Assembly: GCA_021613535.1 (NCBI GenBank)
Contig: CP075496.1
Location: forward strand, 1,364,001-1,428,000
Reading direction: 5' to 3'
DNA: 64,000 nt
From: Adineta vaga
Taxonomy: Eukaryota > Animalia > Rotifera
Below the pieces are notes generated by a model. The model did not search any database. It was given only the letters and a program-made list of their open reading frames with translations, and was not told the DNA's origin. Position 1 is the first letter of the stretch. Every line of letters starts with the position of its first letter. Shown here in pieces: positions 54,261 through 64,000 of this stretch. Both the position numbers and the translations under genes were made by a program.

Positions 54261-55114
54261 CAGCAATAAATGGTTATTGACAAGAGAACTTTTTGTTTTC
54301 TTGTCATCATCCTACTAAATGAACTGGATCTACGATGATGGTGTTTTTGTTTATTATGTTTATTTCGTTAAAACTTTTTAAACTGATGATAACAGATGTT
54401 TTTTTTTATCGTTTTCGTTTTTTATCTACTCTTTTTTGTCTTATTTGTGGATTATAATCATAAGCAGATAATAATAAGTAAGAAAAGAGATGATCAATAG
54501 AATATTTCTACAGGTGATACATATTTCATATTTAGATCTACATTTGTTCTTATCATATGTATCACGTAAGAAAGATCTCAGTTAACTTAGATTACAATCA
54601 TAATTGAAACAAACGATTTAAAACAGTAAAACTTATTTAATGATTGATTATATAATACTATACTATTTTAATTCAATTAAAATGAAGACAATAATGAGGT
54701 ATTTTAAGGATACAGATAAATGAAATCAAATTTGTTGTTAAATTGGTTCTAAAAAGTCTCATTCAATAAAGTACAGTGTACGAGCATCCAGAATAATATC
54801 CATTCTTTAGAAACATAAAGAATTAACGTCTTTCTGTGGGCATAAAATCAGTTTCAGCATGAATTTGCGTTTGTTACAATAGATCACAAATGGAATTTAT
54901 TGATTGTGCTCTAATAAAATACACAAATACGTATACTTGTAACAATAATTGACTGTTTCAAAATGGACTAAATGACGTCATGTTAATATCGCCACTGTTA
55001 GTGCGTTATCTCGCGAAAAAATTGGAATTGGAAATGCCAATCACTGACGCCTGAAAATGAATCGCGATATCTGGAATTTCTACAAAAGCCAGAGAAAAAA
55101 AATATTACAGAAAT

Positions 55115-55830
55115 GGGAAAGCGAAAATTGATCGAACGAAAATTGATCGACGTTAATTGATCGATACGAAAATTAATCGATAGAGAAATTGATCGATACG
55201 AAAATTGATCGTTACGAAAATAAGTGTATAAGAAAATTAGTCGACTGAGTTATTTTTGAGAGAATTTATTCTATGAAGAACATCTACATTTACAAGAACA
55301 CAACAAACCTTTACAGATTAATAAAGGTTTCAATTGTTGAGTTTTACTTAGCGTGAAAGTCGACATTTAGAACACAATAACTCATGATTTCACTCGAACA
55401 GTTACTTTAATACTTTGTCAGTGATCTATTGATCTGATTAGTTTATAATTAAGAGAAATTAGCTCTTAATTAAAGGTATTCTCTACGAATCTTAGGCTGC
55501 TTTCAAGTGATTGTATGATGTATAATTATTTAATTGCATCAGAGAATGTTTTATTATCAGAAAATTGTATTATTTAGGGATTTTCTCTTTATCCCAGTTT
55601 CGTTTTATTTTAATTTATCTCTATCTCCAGGATGAGAAAGATATCAGGATGTTATTTTTCTCTTATTCTGCGTCGTATTCTCTTATACAACGATTTTTGT
55701 TACAATCGACTTTCGTTTCGATCAATTTTCGTATCGATTAATTTTCGTATCGATCAATTTTCGTGTCGATCAATAATCGTCGATCAATTTTCGTTCGATA
55801 TTTTTTCAGTCGATCAATTTTCGTAGACTC
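55115..55830. mobile_element. Non-autonomous Mutator/Foldback-like element
   Basis: Perfect 9-bp TSD TACAGAAAT (55106-55114 and 55831-55839); G-starting termini; ~130-160 bp inverted arms built of ~15-bp CGAAAATTGATCGAT repeats. Confidence 0.9.
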
Positions 55831-56141
55831 TACAGAAATATCATAAAATGATTTTCTAATAAAACTGTCTTTTCTTTTTAAATAAAGCTAATTCCATTAT
55901 ATAGGTGGCGTTACAGTCTACGTCTTTTTGACATGATAATTCATGGAAAAAATGGAACTTGTGATACTTTTATTCACGAAACAAGCTTTGGAAAATTTTT
56001 TGTGTACATCTTTCTTTCTTGCGATAACTGACTATCATATGTATTCATAATCATCGCGGCTAAAAACATCAGTCATGTGTATTGTTTCATATTGCATTTC
56101 GTCTAGACGGCTTTGAATCGAATTCTTTTCTTTTGGACTTG

Positions 56142-56149
56142 TATATAAA
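56142..56149 (+). promoter_or_regulatory. TATA box of the small 4-exon gene
   Basis: TATATAAA about 30 bp before a TCAG initiator-like site and 90 bp before the ATG. Confidence 0.5.
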
Positions 56150-56232
56150 GGCAGTGAATGTACATATCTCATCAGAAACAACTGCTTTCTTTATCGCTAT
56201 ATCATCATCACGTTATTGACGGTTTGAATACT

Positions 56233-56776
56233 ATGTCGTCTTGTTTGAAGAACTTTGATACTTACAAGACGGTCGAAGTGAAACATGAACCCATTGGTAG
56301 CGAAAATGTGATTAACATAAAATGTGAACAACTTGATGTTAAAAATATGTCGTTATTCACAACCGATGGAAATCACAACGAATTGCATGTAAGAGGATGT
56401 TGTTAATAAACGAAAACTATTGTCGAATTTTTAGGTATTAAATCAACTAATCATGACTACCTCCGATGAAGCAATTGTTAAGCAATATCGTTACAAACGG
56501 ATAGATATATTAATGAATATGAAGTTATGGGAAGGTAAATAAATCTTTTCTTCTTATTATTGTTAATAAATATGTTCTAGCGATGTTGAAAGATATCGAG
56601 TATTTTGAAGAAGCCCAATTAGTTGATGATGAGTTGCTTAATAAAAAATGGTATGTTACTTTCATTATTTAACTGAATTCATTTTGACGAACTCTTACAG
56701 GCATGCAAAAATCAATTTACTAATGATTAATTTCCGAAACGAAATGAGACAATCATTAGGAGCGAAAAGTAAATGA
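56233..56776 (+). CDS. Orphan ~132-aa protein, 4 exons
   Basis: Three GT-AG introns give an open frame MSSCLKNF...SLGAKSK*. Confidence 0.65.
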
Positions 56777-57873
56777 AAACTTTCTTGGATTTAATTTTAT
56801 ATGAGGTTGATCTTTTTTAGTATTGAACAGCAACAAGTTAATGAATTTATATATGAATATACACGAAGACAATATTGATAAAATGTTAAACAGTAAGTTC
56901 ACAAATTTGAAAGTAGATTTTCTAATTCTTAGTATATTCTCTTTTAGAAAAAACGAACAGAAAGCACAATCAATAATTTTCAAAATTTTATTTTTATTCG
57001 GTGTTGATTTTGAATGATTAGTTGTCAATCATTTTGTATATTTTAATTCTTTGTTTATTGCTAATATAAATAAATATATCCTGTCAAATAACACTTTACA
57101 AGCTCTCATTTAGAAATAGAATATTCTAGTGTGATAATGTTTTCTGATTAAAAGCAAGACGATATATTCGATGAAATAGTCAGGAATTTTATGCAATATA
57201 TTATTGAACTTGATGGTAAAAATCTTCTGATCGTTTAATTAAACATTTTCCATCGAAATGTGCAGTTACATAATCAATATTATTCGAATTAAATCGTTTT
57301 TTTCCAATATTTTCACTTTACTTGGATTTACAACAGGACACATGAGTTGAAGTGATTCTAATGTTTCATTTTCACTATAAATTCGTTTAATTCTATCAAG
57401 AATAAATTCACCAATAGATTCTAATAATCGATCGAAATAATTTTAATATAATCTTAATATACGTAAGTTCGGATATTTCAATGTATGAACAAAATGGTGA
57501 TCACAACATTCTGTTAATATTTAAGTTTCAAATTGTTTTGGCATTTGAGAATGATTATAGGAAGCGAACTTTGTGAAATACGAATATATAGAAGATTATA
57601 CATAGACAAAAGAACAAAATAATAATATTTAATGAACATGTTTTATCATTATCACAAATGGTTAATTTCTTCAGATAATAAAGTCTTATTAGCTTAAATG
57701 CTGACGATGATGCTGATGATGAATCAATTATTAAGCGATCTAATTTTAATTCAAGTGACTTCGATGATCGTTGACTGATTTCTCTGGTTGTGTGTAGTGT
57801 GAGTAACTAAACACGTTCGTAGTTGAACATATCGTAGACTTTCCGTGATTCGATTTTTCTTGTGTGGAAATCT

Positions 57874-59044
57874 GAGTCTATGGTCTTCTATATTTCAAAT
57901 TGAATTTTGGAAAATAAACGACCCTCGTACATATATTTAGAGCGAGAATTAAGGGAACTAACAAATCAACATCTTTCACAATGAATATACTAAGAAACAT
58001 TAACTTTTCTGAGAATAGTCTTTTGAACTAAAACCAATAAATTCACCCTCAATCAGATACGACCTTCATCAATCTTGTAATTATTTGAACTTCCAAATAA
58101 CTACAAGAATTAAGGGGACCAACAAAACTTGCAGTTATCAACAGAATATAACAACGTCATCGATAAATGTGAAGACTTTACTAAAACAAACTTTCATAAA
58201 TTCATATACATTCTAATTTCTTCGTCTAAGAAATTTCATTCTCATTCGTATTGAACCATTTTTTCTTCGATGAAAATAGTTGTTTAGACTGTGACTATGA
58301 AGAGTGGACCTATACACACTGCCGATCATCATAAAATAACAACGAAGTCATTTTATAAGTTTCGCAGCGTCGTTAGTCCCCTTAGTTCCTTACTTTCGGT
58401 TCGAAATAAAGTCTATTTTTTTTCTCTAAATTCAGATTGAAATATAATAGACCATTGTATGCATATAATGGTCTTTTAAATTTCAATCAGAATTTTAACG
58501 AAAAAAATGAATCTTAGTTAAAACTGAAATGGGAGGACTAGCGGATTTAAGAAAACACACATTTTTGTAACTCATTATATAAAATGTTTTGCCTATAGTC
58601 TCTATTAACATGATAAGTTACGATAGTTAAGAGGACTAGAAGGAGTTATCATATTCAGAACATCAAAGCGATATCACGTATACATGGATGGATTCTTTTG
58701 ATTGAAAGCTTCAAAAATGCGAACTATTTCGCAATTTTCTTAGTCCTCTTAGTCCTCCTAGTCCTCAATATTGAGGGTGCAGGGGGGTGTTGGCGGTGTA
58801 ATGGAATAACTGAACAGTTGCATAAATAGATAACTAAATAGTTGAATACTTGAGTTCTAGTTTTGAGCACTATACTACGGGTATGGTTTCCACTCTAATA
58901 TTGATTCCGTATGAAATGTAATATCTCTGATGCTAGTCTTGAGGGTGGGTGTTGTTCTGTTAGATCTCCAAGTTCCGCAGTATATGTATGAATGGGGTGC
59001 GATTTTTTTAAAATTCAATTTGAAATATAAAAGACCATAGACTC
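57874..59044. mobile_element. Pair of adjacent diverged TIR elements (~580 bp each) or one composite foldback element
   Basis: 35-bp inverted repeat, 34/35 identical, at 57874-57908 and 59010-59044; inner copies form a hairpin at 58428-58496; shared AAGRGGACTA-like subrepeats; no TSD found. Confidence 0.65.
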
Positions 59045-60667
59045 GTTGATAAAGTGATAAATGTTCAAGAATAAATATGCGTACAAATGAAAATATTAGA
59101 ATATCATAGATATTTTCGTATTTCCATTCTTTGATCGTTATATGTTCGATAGTAAGCATGCGAAATCGACGAAAATTGCTCGTCAATTTCGACATTTTCA
59201 TTTTCGATTAGCTAAAACTAGATTGATGACATCGTTGGCAGAAAATTTTGCAAAACAATAGACAAAAGTTAGTTCGTCATTAACGAAGAGAGCCATTAGT
59301 GATTAAACGTGTTCGAGAAGGGAACGAGAGAGAAAGAATGATCAATCATTACTCAATGCATTGAGAGATGTGTAGTTTGACCAATAGCATTCGACATGCA
59401 GATAAGTCAACTCTATACTTGGATCGATAGGAAAAAGGAGGAAGAGAAATAATAATATTGTTTGCTGGCGTTGTGAACAATGTCCATGAGTTATTATTAA
59501 TTTTGCTTCGGAATTTACTGATTTACTGTTTCTCGTTCATTGCAGTAGTCCATTACACGCAGAAGCAAAGAATAATGGCCCAAGAACTTGAACCGTCATC
59601 TGTAAGAAGCGTTATTTTTGTCATTATACATTTGTTTTTTAAAGAAAACTTATTCCTTAAGTAAGGTTCCTTTGGAATGGATAAAGTGTGAAACTCATGT
59701 GTTTCCAGTGAAATACTACACTGAAAGTCTTTATTACGAGAAGTCTTTAAAAATACTTTAATACCTAGTTAAGTTCGCTATATGTCGTATGACTGAGTGC
59801 TAATTGTAAAGTGAGTTGTCTCTGAGAAGAGTTAGGCATGTGGTATATAATAAAATTAAAATTATCTTCTCAACATTTGGATTTAGTTTGAACTTGTACG
59901 GATTATTTGTTTTGAGAAGGTTTTCTAAGTATAAGGTGGTTTGCTTTAGATGAATTTTAAAGCCATGTAAATTTATACTAAGAGCAATATACGAAAAGGC
60001 TGAATTATGTACTGGTTCCGAGAGATCGAAGATTGAGGTACCATTTATTAATCTAAATTTTATTAAATTCGATATTCGAAAAAACTAGAGATGAAGCTGT
60101 TTTTTCCGAAAACGAGATGCCACCCGTCGGCGTCACTGATTATTAGGGAAAGTTACCATAATTCCTTAAGTCTCGAATAGAAAATGATAAATGAAAACGA
60201 ATTTTATTTTTACCCGAGAATGATAAATTAGTTCTGCTGACAGAAATAACAGATCGATATATTAATGGAAAATATTTTTATTTCTAAAGCTGGAAATAAT
60301 GCGAATATTGTTTTTCTATTTACTTTTGCCTTGTCTAATAAATTTCTCAGTTTTTCTATTTGTTTTCTTCTGAAACAATAATATTAGAGGATCACTCGAA
60401 ATTGATTTGTGAGCCTAAAAAAAATCATTATTTTTGTCGTTACTCTATACCTGCAATTTTTGTTTTTCAACTGAAAAACCTTTTAATTTTTTTCTCAATT
60501 TAAATTATTGATCATAGGTGTAGTTTTATCGTGAATTGACTTAAAAAATTTATTATTTTAGGAACAAAGAAAAGCTATTAGTTATTCATATACTCAATCA
60601 CTGTGGGAATTATCTTGTAATGCAAATGGTTTTATTACCAAATTCGCAGGAGGTTAAATTGATCAAC

Positions 60668-60783
60668 CCCAGATCGACAAATCGGATAGGACCCTATAGG
60701 ATCCGTAACCGACAGAATTCGAAATGATTCCGTCACCAGGAATCTGATAGGATATTGTCGGATCATCGAATTGATCGACCTGG
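60668..60783. mobile_element. Short degenerate MITE related to the 45406 element
   Basis: CCCAGATCGA...TCGACCTGG termini; similar GGATCC/TCGGA/CCGAC-rich interior. Confidence 0.55.
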
Positions 60784-61463
60784 TACATCAATTAAAACAA
60801 AAATTGATCTTATTATTTCAAAATGAAATTGAAAAATTAAAATAATATGATCTTCTGTTTGTGGTGTTGAACTGAAAAGATTATTTTTTCTTCTCTTTAT
60901 TTTTTCTTTTATATCGGATTTTTTTATTTATTCATTATGTTTCATCATGGCTATCATTATCAACTGTTCTCTTTGTTGTGCTTCTTGATATAATTTATTC
61001 CTTTTCTTGTTCTTAAGTAAAACATCAGATTTTGTCAGTTGCTTATGATTGATAAATCGCGTAGTAGTCATTTGAAATAACTGTTCAATATCAGAATTCA
61101 TCAGATATTTTTTTTACATTCTCGGATACTTTCACCAACATGAAGTGGTTGAATTGAGCAATCATTCGAATCATTTGCTGATTGTGAAACAGATGTTGCT
61201 GCTATTTGCAACATATATTTATTATTACGAAGACATCGAACAATTGTAACATGCGTTGATGAGTGAGGATGGGGTGCGGATATGGGAATGAAGATGACAA
61301 TGTAAATGTTTTCATTTATTAGTTACCATGGCCTTCAAGATATAATGCAATTATTCGAGAAAATATAGATGATAATTCATGTTTACAATCTATTTTTTTA
61401 CAAAGAGATACAAACTGTATGAAACATCTGCAAAACAAACTTTCAAAATAATAAGCACTATCA

Positions 61464-63854
61464 TCAATTGATCGATTCATTTGAATCATCTTTTTTCAAT
61501 TCGACATCATCAGTAAAATAAAGTCTGTTTGAGAAATCATTAAAAAAATCTTGATGACATAGAGAAGGATGAGTTGATGATGATGGTGATGGTGGCGGCG
61601 ACTGTGACTGCGATGGTAGAGGAGAAGAAGGTAATGGTGTTGGCTGTTCTTGAATTGGTTCTAATGTAATACTATTTGTACTACTACGTCGACGTGCACG
61701 TCGAATTCGATCCAATGCTGAACGTGTTATACGTCGTGTTAAACGGTAAACCAATTGTGGTTCTGTTTCGTTACCTTTCATTTCTTCTTCTTCGTCTTCC
61801 ACTTCTTCTTCAACTTCTTTTGATGAATTCTAAATACCATCAAACATAATTAACAATTCAATCAAAGAAATTTCTCTCATTTTTACTTTATCAGCTAGAT
61901 AGGAATATTTTTTTAATATATCAAAACATCGTTGTAGTTTTTCTTTTTCACATTCACATGTCGAATCTTTTTCCTCCATTAATTGTTCAACAAATTGAAT
62001 GGCATTTATATGTTGATCAAGTTGAAGAAAAAGAAGAACTAATTCATCCGCTTGTAAATATTTTGTCGATGCATGTTTTACAATATCAACACCAAATTTA
62101 ATCGATGGATGTTGATTGAATAATTTTATTAAAACGTCTTTCATATTTGGAATTGAATCTACATTAGAAATCAAATAATCCATGCAGCGTTTTGATGAAC
62201 CTATCATGAAACATAGAAATCTTCATAGTGAAAAACAAATTAAAATTTTGATTATTACCGGTTTGCAAAAGACACGAAGCAACATCATAGTGTGCATGTA
62301 GTTTTCGATAGATAAATTCAGCTAAATCTAAAGCATGTGATCGTTCCACAAGTTGAGCCATTTCCAAAGAGCATGTTAATCTAAGATAGATCAAATATGT
62401 AAATTTTGCTATTTCGATAAAAGAATGAAAACCTGTCTTCAGCTATCCATTTGTAAAGGAGATTGATATGATTTTCATTACATGCTGCTTTTGCACATTC
62501 TAATGATATAAGTAGATCAGGCTTAAATGGTGCTTCAAGAGCGGTTTCGGCCAACACTTTACAATGAAAAAGCCATGGACTAACATCTTCAGATGATGGT
62601 TGTTTCAATCCTAAGATAATTTTCAGAACAGATCATATGTATCTATCGTATTATATGTCATACTCTACCTTTAAATCTTAGTAATGTTTCCATATTTCTA
62701 AGTACACCTTTTGGACTGCATGCTGCAACATAAGATGCTTCTTTATAATTGCCACTTTCGATCGTATTGAGAAAGATTTCAATATGATCGACTAATATTC
62801 CTGCTTCTCGATCATACATAAATTCACTGTTGTATTCATCTCCGTCATCATCTTGTTCACCTAAAAACAATTAAAATTCACCTATCTTCGTTGTTTGAAA
62901 AGATTTTACCTTTCTGAAATAAATTTGTTGATTCATAAACAGCTTTTTTAATTAAATCTTCTAATAACATGGCATTTGTTGGGTCTTTTTCACCATATTT
63001 CTTAATTGTTCTCCAGACTAGATGATATAATCTTAAACGATTTCGTAATGTTAATCGATGTTCACGTTCTTTATCTAATTCTGCGAGTTTTTCTTCGAAT
63101 AAAGCTTGCATTTCTATTTGTTTTTCTCTCGTTGTATATTTTGTGGAAGCATTATGTTCAAATTCGGAAGATTTACTTTGAAGAAATTCATAAAATTTCT
63201 TCAAAGTTGTCAAATCGGTCTGTTCTACTAATGTTAAACCTTTGGGAGAAAAAAATGAAATATAAATACAAATTATTCGAAGAAATAAAATCAAACCTGG
63301 TACACGTCGACGACCAGTATACAGTTCTGGAAAAGAATTAGGATCAATATTCGTTGTTTTTGGAATTTCTGGTTCATTAAGTTTTGTTTGAGTTACTATT
63401 TCATTTATTTCTGCTTCAAGTCTTCGATTATCTTTTTCGATAACTGCAAGTCTATTCAAAAGGAAATCTATCGTGTTATTTTAATTTGTATAACATACTT
63501 ATCTTCTAATTCCATACATCGCTGTTGATGAAGAAGAAATGTTTTCGGTTGTAAAACTAAACGATGCAAATCACCAGTCATTGTATGCACTTCTTCTGCT
63601 CCAGATTCTAATACTCCAATACATCGTTCGTATTCTTGTTTAATCGCACGAAATAATGGTCGATAAAGTGCTGATTTATCGATAATTTTTTCAAATGCTA
63701 ATCGATACACTGCAAATCGTTCTCTGGATGGATTTTTTCCAACTTTAGCTGATTCATCGTTCATAAAACGATTTAATTCATTGAAAAAGTATCGATCACG
63801 TGATGTTAATGGAACATGATCATTTGTTTTTACATCCGATAGATCAAGATTCAT
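61464..63854 (-). CDS. CLHC1: Clathrin heavy chain linker domain-containing protein 1
   Basis: TSNAXIP1_N-like YRLAFEKIIDKSALYRPLFRAIKQEYE; clathrin-linker-like GNYKEASYVAACSPKGVLRNMET; SLECAKAA...KWIAEDRLTCS. Confidence 0.8.
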
Positions 63855-63915
63855 TTTGATGAAATACAATGATTATCATGATGCTTCTGCCATTTACACC
63901 CTCCATTTACAACAG

Positions 63916-63928
63916 GTTTCCATGCAAC
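63916..63928. promoter_or_regulatory. RFX X-box-like motif upstream of CLHC1
   Basis: GTTTCCATGCAAC about 60 bp upstream of the ATG. Confidence 0.55.
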
Positions 63929-64000
63929 AGGATGCATTTACATTTATCAATAGATGTCATCTGAGAAATTGCCTTCAAAATAACTAATTCAATTTTAATT

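Noticed and set aside
55125-55215. CRISPR-like look of the 15-bp repeats
   Set aside because: Tandem with no unique spacers, mirrored 500 bp away and bounded by a TSD; eukaryotic context with no cas genes.
60940-61315. Possible minus-strand gene relic downstream of CLHC1
   Set aside because: Open stretches exist, but there is no reliable start, splice chain or homology.
63855-63893. N-terminal extension of CLHC1 from an upstream ATG (MAEAS)
   Set aside because: Two in-frame stops follow; at most a short uORF.
1-64000. Alternative genetic code or stop read-through to explain in-frame TAA codons
   Set aside because: Conserved genes use TAA, TAG and TGA as normal stops, and most broken genes also have frameshifts or deletions.

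Overview
AT-rich eukaryotic (animal) genomic DNA with many ~50-65 bp GT-AG introns. The gene families present (an F-box family, an intronless GPCR, an ART-TPR protein) and the intron sizes point to a bdelloid rotifer (Adineta/Rotaria-like; inference). Recognisable genes: an isochorismatase-family hydrolase, a discoidin-domain receptor with a degenerate kinase, TMEM63/OSCA, a neuropeptide precursor, a CD63-like tetraspanin, ABTB1, ABCB6/HMT-1, RPA2, SAXO, MRPL28, a GPCR, a PIN/NYN-like + C2H2 protein, an ART-TPR protein, a LicD-family protein and CLHC1, plus several orphan genes. Between these lie many decayed gene copies (9-15 kb, 43-45 kb, 53-54 kb), an inverted copy of the CLHC1 last exon, and several non-autonomous DNA transposons, including a foldback/Mutator-like element with a perfect 9-bp TSD. 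No rRNA, tRNA or CRISPR was seen. Gene models were spliced by eye, so exon boundaries are approximate, and family calls come from remembered motifs rather than searches.
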